A stretch of DNA of 24,000 nucleotides from Aeromonas veronii bv. veronii. Lineage in GTDB: Bacteria; Pseudomonadota; Gammaproteobacteria; Enterobacterales; Aeromonadaceae. The DNA is taken from contig NZ_CDDK01000025.1 of NCBI RefSeq assembly GCF_000820225.1, forward strand, positions 153,041 through 177,040. The letters are read 5' to 3'. A program made the position numbers and the translations under genes. Below the pieces are notes generated by a model. That model was not told where the DNA came from and ran no database searches. It worked only from the letters and a program-made list of their open reading frames with translations. This document shows, in pieces, positions 8,156 to 16,247 of the stretch (its first letter is position 1; every line of letters begins with the position of its first letter).

Positions 8156-8491
8156 TCACCAAGGTAGGAGCTCGGCTATGCCTCCCAGCCAGCGCAGCAG
8201 GAAGAAGCCCCCCATTCCACCCACCACCACAACCAGAGTCGGCAGCCGCAACAGGGTCAAGAGCATCACCCACAGGGTGGCGGTCAGGTAGTCAGGATCC
8301 CAGTCAAGACCTATCCCCGGCTCGTAGCTAAAGACGATGGGCAACCAGATGGCAGTCAGCACCGACTGGGCCGAGAAGCCGAGAAACGCCCCCATCTCGG
8401 CACCCGGCTGATATCGGGTCAACCGAGAAAAGAAGGCGAAGCGGTTGAAAAAGGTGATCAGGGCCAGCAGGCCAATCATCAGCCAGCTCAC
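8156..8491 (-). CDS. azlD: AzlD-family small membrane subunit of a branched-chain amino acid exporter
   Basis: The product is 111 aa and very hydrophobic (about 3-4 TM). A GTG start follows AGGAGGtagcGTG directly after the azlC stop; an alternative ATG lies at 8479. This is the typical azlC-azlD (ygaZ-ygaH-like) pairing. Confidence 0.75.
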   Translation of the reverse strand: MSWLMIGLLALITFFNRFAFFSRLTRYQPGAEMGAFLGFSAQSVLTAIWLPIVFSYEPGIGLDWDPDYLTATLWVMLLTLLRLPTLVVVVGGMGGFFLLRWLGGIAELLPW

Positions 8492-8492
8492 G

Positions 8493-9200
8493 CTACCTCC
8501 TCATCCGGTGCAACACATAGCCCACCACCATGCCAGCCAGAGCCGAGACGATGATGTGGATCTCCGCCAGCAGCGGCTTGGTAAGCAACGCTGTGCCGCC
8601 GCTCACCAGAGTGGCCGCCACCATGGGCAAGTTTTTCATGGCGGGAATGGTCATGGCGATGAAGGTGGCCGCGATGGCAAAATCCAGCCCCATGCTGTCC
8701 AGTCCATCGATGTACTGGCCGGCCGCGATGCCGAGCAGGGTCGCCAGATTCCAGAACAGATAGAAGACGAATCCCGCGATGAGCGCGTAGGCCGGATCAA
8801 AGTGGCCGCTGCGCTCCCGGTCTTTCAGCGCCACAGCGAACATCTCATCAGTCAGGAAAAAAGCAAGGCTGGCCCGCCAGCGCAGGGAGAGCGGCAATAC
8901 GTCACGGCGGAAGGTGAAGCCGTATAGTAGATGCTGGGAAGTGATCACCATGGTGGAGCCCATGATGGGCAGCAGGGGCGTGCCCGCCCCGAACAGGGTC
9001 GTGGCCGAGAGCTGGGCGGCTCCGGCGTAGACCAGCAACGACATCAGCTGAGCCTGAAGCGGACTCAGCCCTGCCTGCAACGCCAAAGCGCCACACAGGA
9101 TCCCCCAGGGGATCACCGAAATGGAGAGCGGGAGCATATCCAGTGTGGCACGCCACCAGAGCATCCCCGTTCGCTCGGGCACGCTCGTTACTGACATCAT
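8493..9200 (-). CDS. azlC: AzlC-family branched-chain amino acid exporter subunit
   Basis: I chose the ATG at 9200 (caaggaagatcacATGATG). The AzlC-like segment reads LPLSISVIPWGILCGALALQAGLSPLQAQLMSLLVYAGAAQL...VITSQHLLYG...FFLTDEMFA. Confidence 0.8.
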   Translation of the reverse strand: MMSVTSVPERTGMLWWRATLDMLPLSISVIPWGILCGALALQAGLSPLQAQLMSLLVYAGAAQLSATTLFGAGTPLLPIMGSTMVITSQHLLYGFTFRRDVLPLSLRWRASLAFFLTDEMFAVALKDRERSGHFDPAYALIAGFVFYLFWNLATLLGIAAGQYIDGLDSMGLDFAIAATFIAMTIPAMKNLPMVAATLVSGGTALLTKPLLAEIHIIVSALAGMVVGYVLHRMRR

Positions 9201-9280
9201 GTGATCTTCCTTGTCACAGCCAAAGCGAGCCGAAAAAACTAGCACGGGACAGCAAGCGCTGTCACGTCATCACTGGCGGG

Positions 9281-9309
9281 AAATAAAACGCCCGCGGAGT
9301 CGCGGGCGT
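9281..9309 (-). terminator. Rho-independent terminator of the L,D-transpeptidase gene
   Basis: The minus strand reads ACGCCCGCG-actc-CGCGGGCGT followed by TTTATTTCC, 12 nt after the stop at 9321. Confidence 0.7.
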
Positions 9310-9320
9310 GCACAAGGGGA

Positions 9321-9800
9321 TCAGGGCTCGATGACGATGGGCGTACCCGGATCAATAGCGTCCCACACCTCATCCAGCTCGTGGTTGAGCATGGCGATAC
9401 AGCCGTTGGTCCAGTTGGAAGGCTGAACCCTGCGGTTGCCAATGCTGTTGCGCTGGCCGTGGATCATGATCATGCCACCCGGACGAACACCCAGCTCATT
9501 GGCGCGCTTGATGTCATCCAGGTTCGGATAGTTGATATGGATGGCTTTGTAGTAGCCGGAATTGGTCTTCTTGTAGTCGAGGGTGTAGCGCCCTTCCGGC
9601 GTACGCTGATCCCCTTCCTGCTGCTTGTGCCCCTTGGGCGCCGGGCCCAGAGCAATCCAGTAGCGCTTCAGTTCTTTGCCATCCTTCATCAGGGTCAGGC
9701 TGTAGGTCGACTTCTTGACCACCACCAAATCGGCTTTTTCGGTCAAGGCAAAACTCAATGCGGGCCAAAGCCCCAACAAACACAGTAATACGGCTCTCAT
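9321..9800 (-). CDS. Small secreted L,D-transpeptidase (YkuD domain)
   Basis: I chose the ATG at 9800 (gagggatggaATG), giving 159 aa. The signal peptide is MRAVLLCLLGLWPALSFALTE. The catalytic motif is MIMIHGQRNSIGNRRVQPSNWTNGCIAM (His...TxGC). Confidence 0.8.
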   Translation of the reverse strand: MRAVLLCLLGLWPALSFALTEKADLVVVKKSTYSLTLMKDGKELKRYWIALGPAPKGHKQQEGDQRTPEGRYTLDYKKTNSGYYKAIHINYPNLDDIKRANELGVRPGGMIMIHGQRNSIGNRRVQPSNWTNGCIAMLNHELDEVWDAIDPGTPIVIEP

Positions 9801-10079
9801 TCCATCCCTCGACAAGCCTCTGGTGCGGGCTTTTCTTGTTACCAGATCATCTGAACGATGCCCGCCGAGCGGCGAGCGAGCGCCATGATATTGGATCGCC
9901 ATCAATACTCAATATGCCCGGCAAAACATATCTTGCCGCAGCCAGGCCATCTTCCTTGAACGCTGTCATTTTGCATTGGTAATTAATAGTTAAAACAACA
10001 AGATACAAAAAATTATCGCGCTGGCACCCGGGGCAATGATCGGCGAAGATAACACTCCACTCCCCGACAGGATCATGCC

Positions 10080-13000
10080 ATGCGCTCTTCGTGCCGCCTC
10101 GCCACCCTGCTGTTCTCGCCACTCCTGCTCTGGCTGCCCGCCAGTGTCGCCGCCGATGCACTCTGGCTGCACGAGCCCGCCCTCTCCCCCGATGGCAAGC
10201 AGCTTGCCTTCACCTGGCAGGGGCGCATTTTTGTCGCCAGTGCCGAGGGTGGCCCCGCTACGGCGCTCACCGGCAGCGACTACCTGAGCCAGCGGCCGAT
10301 CTGGTCGCCGGATGGCAAACGGCTCGCCTTTGCCGCCAATCTCTACGGCAACGAGGATGTGTTCGTGGTACCCGCCAGCGGCGGCGAGATGGTGCGCCTC
10401 ACTCGCGATTCGCGCACCGATCTGCCGCAAGCCTTCAGCGCCGATGGCAAACGGCTGTTGCTGAGCAGCCAGCGCCTGGGGGCGCCCGATGCCGACCATT
10501 TTGTCGCGGAAGGCTACCAATGGGGCGAGCTCTACTGGACCCCGATCACCGGCGGCACCTTGCAGGCCGATCTGCCGCTGCCTGCGACTCTCGCCCGTCC
10601 CCACGGGGAGCGGCTCGTCTACCAGATGCCCGCGGCGGATCAACCCTTTCGCAAGCATCAGCACTCGTTTGCGGTGCCCCGCCTCTGGCTGTTTGATGGC
10701 AAGCAGCACAAGCAGCTGACCGAAGATCGGGTGGCGGCCACCGATCCGGTCTGGAGCGACAAGGGAGATGCTCTCTTTTACCTGAGCGAGCGCAGCGGTG
10801 ATTTCAACGTCTGGCGCCGGGATCTCGCCAGCGGCAAGGAGCAACAGCTGACCCACTATCAGGGCCATCCGGTGCGGGGGCTCAGCGCCTCTCGCAATGG
10901 CGATCTGGTCTGGTCATGGCTGGGGGAACTCTATCGCCTCGATGCCGATAGCAGCGAGCCACGCAAGCTGACCCTCACCCCGCAAGTGGCCAGCGCGCCG
11001 GATGAGGCGAGCGAGGCCCTGACCCTGGCAGACGAAGCGCTGGTCAGCGAAGAGGCGGATGAGCTGATCCTGGTGAGCGAGGGCAACCTGTTTGCCGTTG
11101 ACCCCGAGCGGGATCGGGTGCGCCAGCTGACCCGCGATCCGAGCGAGCAGTCCAGCCCCCTCTTCGCCGAGCAGGGCCGCGCCCTCATCTATCTGTCGGA
11201 GCAGCAGGGGCACGCCGCCCTCTATCGCCTGCGCAAGGGGGATCCGGATCTGCTGTTCAGCGATCCTGGCACTCTGACCGAGAGTCTGCTGCTGGCGATT
11301 CCCGACAAGGGGATCAGCCGTCCGGTGCTATCCCCCGACGGCAAACAGCTCGCCTTCGTGGTCGATGGTCAGGCCATTCATCTGCTCGATCTGGCGAGCA
11401 ACAAGCAGCGGGAGCTGGTCCCTGCCAGCCTCAACCCCTCGCGCCACGAGGTGCATCTCGCCTTTGCCCCAGACTCCCGCCATCTGGCGCTCACCTTCCG
11501 CCCCGATGCGGCAGAGCAGGAGATCGCGGTGATCGACACGGCCAACCCCAAGGCCAAACCGGTCAATGTCAGCCTCAACGGCTATCAGGATGGACAACCG
11601 GGCTGGAGTCAGGATGGCGCCATCCTCTACTGGCAATCGACCCGGTTTGGCGCACTGGGGCCCGATGGCGAGCCCCTCGTCACCAACCTGCTCGGCATTT
11701 ACAGCAGCCGCGCCGCCAGAGCCGATGCGATTGCCGAGCTGGAGCCGCCGAAAGGGGGATACGGTTTTGAGAGCGATCGTCTCAACCATAGAGAAGCACT
11801 GCTGCTGCAACCCACCGGCACCATGCTCGCCAGCCGCATCATCGGCGACCAGCTGATCTATCTGGTGGAGGAGATGGGGGTCAACAGCGAGAGCGAGATC
11901 AAGGGCTACAGCCAGGATCTGCGCAAAGGCAAAACCAGCGAACTGTTTGGCGAGCAGCCCGGCCCAGCGCTGGCAAGCCTCAACCAGCAGGGCACCCTGG
12001 CTACCCTGGTGCGGGATGGGGAGATCACCCGGATCCACCTCGACTCCGGCGAGGCCACCAGCGCCCCCTTCGCCTTGCAGCCCACCAGCCGCTGGCAGGC
12101 ACGCATGACCGCCGCCTTCGATCAGATCGCCCGGCTCACCCGGGACGAGTTCTATCTGGACGATATGAACGGGGTGAACTGGGATAGCTATGTCGCCGCT
12201 TACCGCCGCCTGCTGCCGGGCATCGGCAACCCGCGGGACTTTGGCAACCTGCTGGCGGAGCTGGCTGGCGAGCTCAATGTCTCCCACACCTGGGGCAGCG
12301 GCCCCGCCCCCTTCCCGCGCATGGCGGACGAGACCGCCAGCCTTGGCGGCTACTGGCAGGATGGCGAGCAAGGGGTGATGCTCACCGCCCTGCTCTCTGG
12401 CGGCCCGCTGGATCAGGAGAGCGATATCGCCCCGGGCGCCCGCCTGCTCGCCATCAACGGCGTCCCGATTGCCAATCTGGCCGAGCTGGATCAAGCCCTT
12501 AACCATCAGGCCGGTGCCCGGCTCGCCCTCATCTTCCAGCAGGAGGGCAACAAGCAAACTGACGAGGTGGTGCTCACCGCCATCGACAAACAGCAGGAGT
12601 ACCAGCTGCAACAGGATCGCTGGATTGAGAAACGGCGGGAGCTGGTGGCCAGCCTGAGCGGAGGACGGGTCGGCTACGTCTATCTGCCGGCAATGAATAG
12701 CGAGGTCTACGATGCGGTGGTGGCGGATGCCCTCGGCAGACAGCGCAATCGCGATGCGCTGATCGTCGATGTCCGCTTCAACAGCGGCGGCTATCTCGCC
12801 AATACCCTGGTAGAGTTTCTGACCGGCAGCGGCAGCACCAAGGGGATGGCCAGCAGCTGGCCCCGTCAGGGCAAGGGGGAAACCGATGCCGCCACTCGCC
12901 AGTGGACCAAGCCCTCGGTGGTGCTGGTCAACGCTGGCAGCTACTCGGAAGGCTCCGCCTTCCCCGAGTACTACCGCACCCTCAAGGTCGGCCCCATCGT

Positions 13001-13247
13001 CGGCGATCCGGTGCCCGGCACCGGCACCATGGTCTACAGCCACGACTCCCGGCTAATCCCGGGACTCTCCTACGGCATTCCGACCCTGGGGCTGCGCAAA
13101 CCGGACGGTACCTTCTACGAAAATCAGGAACTGACCCCGGATCTGCAGGTGCCCCTCACCCCCGCCGACATGGTGGCCGGGCGCGACCCGCAACTGGAGG
13201 CGGCAGTACAAGCCGCCCTCAAGCAGTTGCCAGCCAACGCCAAATAA
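10080..13247 (+). CDS. Secreted tricorn-like protease: TolB/PD40-type beta-propeller repeats + PDZ + S41 (tail-specific) peptidase domain
   Basis: The product is 1055 aa with signal peptide MRSSCRLATLLFSPLLLWLPASVAADA. PD40-like repeats recur (LSPDGKQLAF, WSPDGKRLAF, FSADGKRLLL, LSPDGKQLAF, FAPDSRHLAL). A PDZ-like segment reads GARLLAINGVPIANLAELDQAL. The S41 core contains GYVYLPAMN...LIVDVRFNSGGY...VVLVNAGSYSEGSAF. Confidence 0.8.
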   Translation: MRSSCRLATLLFSPLLLWLPASVAADALWLHEPALSPDGKQLAFTWQGRIFVASAEGGPATALTGSDYLSQRPIWSPDGKRLAFAANLYGNEDVFVVPASGGEMVRLTRDSRTDLPQAFSADGKRLLLSSQRLGAPDADHFVAEGYQWGELYWTPITGGTLQADLPLPATLARPHGERLVYQMPAADQPFRKHQHSFAVPRLWLFDGKQHKQLTEDRVAATDPVWSDKGDALFYLSERSGDFNVWRRDLASGKEQQLTHYQGHPVRGLSASRNGDLVWSWLGELYRLDADSSEPRKLTLTPQVASAPDEASEALTLADEALVSEEADELILVSEGNLFAVDPERDRVRQLTRDPSEQSSPLFAEQGRALIYLSEQQGHAALYRLRKGDPDLLFSDPGTLTESLLLAIPDKGISRPVLSPDGKQLAFVVDGQAIHLLDLASNKQRELVPASLNPSRHEVHLAFAPDSRHLALTFRPDAAEQEIAVIDTANPKAKPVNVSLNGYQDGQPGWSQDGAILYWQSTRFGALGPDGEPLVTNLLGIYSSRAARADAIAELEPPKGGYGFESDRLNHREALLLQPTGTMLASRIIGDQLIYLVEEMGVNSESEIKGYSQDLRKGKTSELFGEQPGPALASLNQQGTLATLVRDGEITRIHLDSGEATSAPFALQPTSRWQARMTAAFDQIARLTRDEFYLDDMNGVNWDSYVAAYRRLLPGIGNPRDFGNLLAELAGELNVSHTWGSGPAPFPRMADETASLGGYWQDGEQGVMLTALLSGGPLDQESDIAPGARLLAINGVPIANLAELDQALNHQAGARLALIFQQEGNKQTDEVVLTAIDKQQEYQLQQDRWIEKRRELVASLSGGRVGYVYLPAMNSEVYDAVVADALGRQRNRDALIVDVRFNSGGYLANTLVEFLTGSGSTKGMASSWPRQGKGETDAATRQWTKPSVVLVNAGSYSEGSAFPEYYRTLKVGPIVGDPVPGTGTMVYSHDSRLIPGLSYGIPTLGLRKPDGTFYENQELTPDLQVPLTPADMVAGRDPQLEAAVQAALKQLPANAK

Positions 13248-13262
13248 CGGCGCCCATCGAGC

Positions 13263-14555
13263 TCAACGAAAGCGAAACAGCTCGCGATGCAGATGCCCGT
13301 CCGGCAACAACCGGGTCAGGGCATCTGCCATCCCCTCCGGCCCGCAAAACCACACCTGCTCGGGTGCATCCTGCGCAATGCGGGCAAGCTCCAGTCGCCC
13401 GGCCGCCTTGTCCAGATGCAGCTGATAGCGCACGCCGGTGCGATGACAGAGCTCGACCAACCGCTGGTGGTAGACAGCCCCCGCCAGATCCGGCGCACAC
13501 TGGATCAGGGTGATCCCCTCGCCCCGCTCCCCACGGGCTGCCAGCCCCTCCAGCCAGGCGACGAACGGCGTGATACCTATCCCGGCCCCCAGCCAGAGGG
13601 CTCTACCTCCCCCTTGCGGGGCGACAAAGGCGCCATAGGGCCCGGTCACCACCACCCCATCCCCGACGCGCGCCTCTGCCACCAGCTGACGGGTATGATC
13701 CCCGAGCGCCCGCACCGCGATCACCAGCTGGCGCCGATCCGCTGACACCCGCACCAGGGTAAAGGGATGCGGCCCCTCCTTGGCATCAAATTCGAAGAAG
13801 GCAAACTGACCCGGGCGGTAATGGGCGAGCGACCGCTCCAGCTGCATGGTCAGCTCGCAGGTCTGATCCGCCAGCGCCCGCACCGCAATGACACGGCCCG
13901 GATGGCGATCCCGCGCTCCCACTTGTCCCAACAGGGAGTAGAGGGCCCCGATAGCGCCGATCCCGCCGATCAACCAGATCGATACCCCAACCGGCGTCAT
14001 GGCTCCCACCTGAGGCAACAAGCAGAGCCCGTGCCCCCACCCCACCAGATAGATGAGCGGCGCCAGCCGGTGGATCAGCCGAAAGCGACCATAACTCACC
14101 AGCGCCAGCAAGCTCACCACCACCAGCGCGATCAGCAGATAGAAACTCCACTCACCCAGGGTATTGCCAAGGGCATGGAGCGAGATGCCATTACCTGCGC
14201 CAGCCCCAGCACCGCTGGCCCCACGCCGCGCGGGACGACTCAGTAAACCTGCCGAGACCGCCCACTTGGGCGCCTCCACCAGCAGCCAGTGGGCGGTCAG
14301 CGCCAATGCACCGCCGATGGCCGTTTGGCGGTGCCATCGCAACATCCGGTCCAGACCGCCACACCACACCTCCAGCTGCGGCAGGCGCAATGCCAGCAAC
14401 AACGAAATCGCCATATAGGCCATCCCCAGCAGACCCGTCAGCAGCAACATCTCATGGCGCCAGGGCCACACCCCGTTGGCATCCCCCGCATAACCCAGCC
14501 ACCAGACTCCGACCGCCAGCAGCGGCAACAGCCACCACATCCATTTGTTCGTCAT
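13263..14555 (-). CDS. Bacterial NOX/FRE-type flavocytochrome: ferric-reductase transmembrane domain fused to an FNR-like FAD/NAD(P)H dehydrogenase domain
   Basis: I chose the ATG at 14555 (ccagggagcatgttATG), giving 430 aa. There are two His pairs, WH-x13-HW and IH-x12-HG, with the same spacing as the bis-heme ligands of eukaryotic NOX2. Other motifs are the FAD motif GPHPFTL, the NAD(P)H motif LGAGIGITPF and the C-terminal WFCGPEGM. Confidence 0.8.
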   Translation of the reverse strand: MTNKWMWWLLPLLAVGVWWLGYAGDANGVWPWRHEMLLLTGLLGMAYMAISLLLALRLPQLEVWCGGLDRMLRWHRQTAIGGALALTAHWLLVEAPKWAVSAGLLSRPARRGASGAGAGAGNGISLHALGNTLGEWSFYLLIALVVVSLLALVSYGRFRLIHRLAPLIYLVGWGHGLCLLPQVGAMTPVGVSIWLIGGIGAIGALYSLLGQVGARDRHPGRVIAVRALADQTCELTMQLERSLAHYRPGQFAFFEFDAKEGPHPFTLVRVSADRRQLVIAVRALGDHTRQLVAEARVGDGVVVTGPYGAFVAPQGGGRALWLGAGIGITPFVAWLEGLAARGERGEGITLIQCAPDLAGAVYHQRLVELCHRTGVRYQLHLDKAAGRLELARIAQDAPEQVWFCGPEGMADALTRLLPDGHLHRELFRFR

Positions 14556-14675
14556 AACATGCTCCCTGGTTCCATCGCGGCAGGGCCTCATCTCCCTGCT
14601 CATGGCGCCATTGCACACCCGTCCGGTCACAAGACTTTGCCAGAGGGGGAAGCTTGTGTGGCAATGTGTGACAAA

Positions 14676-14706
14676 CGGAAACAAAAGAGGGGCCGACTGG
14701 CCCCTC
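14676..14706 (-). terminator. Strong intrinsic terminator on the minus strand with no obvious gene to terminate (upstream of the NOX-like gene)
   Basis: The minus strand reads GAGGGGCC-agtc-GGCCCCTC followed by TTTTGTTTCCGTTTG. It lies about 120 nt upstream of the NOX-like start codon and about 445 nt downstream of the operon's own terminator. Confidence 0.65.
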
Positions 14707-14863
14707 GTGATCACCCTTGTTGGCTCGCCCCTCTTCACAGGAGATGGCGCACAATCCACCTCCGCTGTGATTGACGACCTGCCAGAAAAAGGAATCAAAT
14801 GGGGACGTTACATATCTGCGGCGGAAAACCTGCTGCCCACTCTTCTGCACAAGGAGTCCCCCC

Positions 14864-15097
14864 TTGCTTTCATCCACTGAACAACGCGTCTGCCCGAGTT
14901 GTCAGCGCGAGACCAACCATGTCGTGGTGCTGGTCGACAAATCCTTTGGCCAGCAGCTGACACCGGAGCAAAAGCGCAAAGCGTTTATCAAGGACTTCAT
15001 TACCGGCTGGGCCGCCGGCCCCTTTCTGGCAAACATGGATCGCTTTGAACGCCACACCATCTGTGAAAATTGCGGAAATAAAGTTATTGATGAATGA
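14864..15097 (+). CDS. Possible small zinc-ribbon protein (77 aa, TTG start)
   Basis: The start context is aaggagtccccccTTG. The product is LLSSTEQRVCPSCQRETNHVVVLV...RHTICENCGNKVIDE, with CxxC motifs at both ends. Third-position GC is enriched through the middle of the frame. I recognise no family. The longer track ORF from 14771 lacks an SD. Confidence 0.45.
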   Translation: MLSSTEQRVCPSCQRETNHVVVLVDKSFGQQLTPEQKRKAFIKDFITGWAAGPFLANMDRFERHTICENCGNKVIDE

Positions 15098-15150
15098 AAA
15101 AGGGGGGGGGCAATTGCGGGCGTCAATACACCAGCCACCTTTTATGGCCG

Positions 15151-15190
15151 AAATCCAAAAGAAGGCGTTGCGATTCAGGATCACAACGCC
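15151..15190 (-). terminator. Rho-independent terminator of the three-gene synthase operon
   Basis: The minus strand reads GGCGTTGtGATcctgaATCgCAACGCC followed by TTCTTTTGGATTT, 8 nt after the adaptor gene stop at 15198. Confidence 0.65.
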
Positions 15191-15197
15191 ATAGACA

Positions 15198-16247
15198 TCA
15201 ATCAAACAACACGGTCACCGGCAACCCTTCCACTTGCAGGTTCGGGGGTAATTTTTCATCCAGCGAGAGTGCGACCTTGAGGGTTGCTTTCTCCCCTTCA
15301 AACGGTGCTGCAAGCTGGGCTGGCAGCTTGTCTGCAAGCTCCACAGGTCTGGCAACCCTAGCCGCCAAACGCTCACCACTGGGCAACTTGACGATAGCCT
15401 TATGACCCGGCTTCATCGAGGAGAGGTATTTTGGCAATACGTAGGCAATGACCAACGGGTCTTCCCGCTTAGCGATCAACGCGAGGGGGGCCCCCGAGAA
15501 GACCCAGTCCCCCTCCTGCACCAGCACATCTGAGACCTTGCCGGTAGCTGGGGAAAGGGGTTGCTGCTGCCTAGTGATAGCTTGCATCTCGGTTAGCTCC
15601 TGCACCAACTGGTGGCGCGCACTGGCCAGTGGCCCTGTCAGCTGATCTTCTTTGATCTGCAACTCTTGCTGCATTTTTTCAGATCTTGCCTTCTGCAAAT
15701 CGATACGAGACTGGGTCCAGCTCAGCAAGGCACTGGCATACTCGGCGCTGGAAACCAGTTTCTCCTTCCTATACCCCGCGTACTCCTGATAGATCCCCTC
15801 CTGCTCATTAGCCCCCCGCTCTGCGATACGAATCTGCTCATCCAGGTTACTCAATATCGCCTGTTCGGCAGCGCTCTTGTCCAGCTCGATCGCTTTTAGA
15901 CGTGCTTTACGCCCCTCTATATTGGCCCGTAGCGTCGGCGACTCGAATCGCATCAGGGCATCCCCTTGCGAGACGGCTTGACCGGGAGACATATAAATGT
16001 TGCGAATGAAGCCATCTCCATTGGCCACCACAAGTTGAGGTTCCGTCGTGATGATGGCAGGCGCCTGGGTCAGCCACCACTCTCGTCCCAGATACCAGAG
16101 CAGTATGATGACGGGGCTGAATGCCAACAGCAGGATCAGATACCAGCGGGCCCGAAATGCGATGCGCTTGGCGGGGGCATAGAGCACCCGAATCCCTTGA
16201 TCAGAGGTAGCGTCCTGTTTCTTGGGGGGATTAAATGTGACTTTCAT
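15198..16247 (-). CDS. HlyD-family periplasmic adaptor / membrane fusion protein (MxdC/BgsB-like)
   Basis: The ATG at 16247 overlaps the GT2 stop (TGATG, 1-nt overlap), giving 349 aa. There is an N-terminal TM anchor (WYLILLLAFSPVIILLWYL) and a lipoyl-like hairpin (GFIRNIYMSPGQAVSQGDALMRFESP). A long coiled coil follows (EGRKARLKAIELDKSAAEQ...LQKARSEKMQQELQIKEDQL), then a second half-barrel (GKVSDVLVQEGDWVFSGAPLALI). Confidence 0.85.
   Translation of the reverse strand: MKVTFNPPKKQDATSDQGIRVLYAPAKRIAFRARWYLILLLAFSPVIILLWYLGREWWLTQAPAIITTEPQLVVANGDGFIRNIYMSPGQAVSQGDALMRFESPTLRANIEGRKARLKAIELDKSAAEQAILSNLDEQIRIAERGANEQEGIYQEYAGYRKEKLVSSAEYASALLSWTQSRIDLQKARSEKMQQELQIKEDQLTGPLASARHQLVQELTEMQAITRQQQPLSPATGKVSDVLVQEGDWVFSGAPLALIAKREDPLVIAYVLPKYLSSMKPGHKAIVKLPSGERLAARVARPVELADKLPAQLAAPFEGEKATLKVALSLDEKLPPNLQVEGLPVTVLFD

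Noticed and set aside
14452-14877. A 141-aa minus-strand ORF spans the orphan terminator and the 5' end of the NOX-like gene. The 111-aa and 78-aa minus-strand ORFs at 14870-15205 and 14902-15138 are similar cases.
   Set aside because: They run through strong hairpin terminators and overlap better-supported genes. They have no SD and no motifs, so they do not explain the orphan terminator.
15102-15110. A homopolymeric G9 tract lies immediately after the stop of the small zinc-ribbon ORF and could be a slipped-strand phase-variation site.
   Set aside because: It sits in the 3' intergenic space between convergent genes, neither inside a coding frame nor between -35 and -10 elements. Length changes would therefore have no obvious on/off consequence. 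It is worth a glance in population data but is not supported as a switch.
15094-15405. A 103-aa plus-strand ORF (MKKGGGNCGRQ...) starts at the G9 tract.
   Set aside because: It overlaps the operon terminator and the 3' end of the HlyD-type adaptor gene on the opposite strand. Its composition is implausible and it has no SD.
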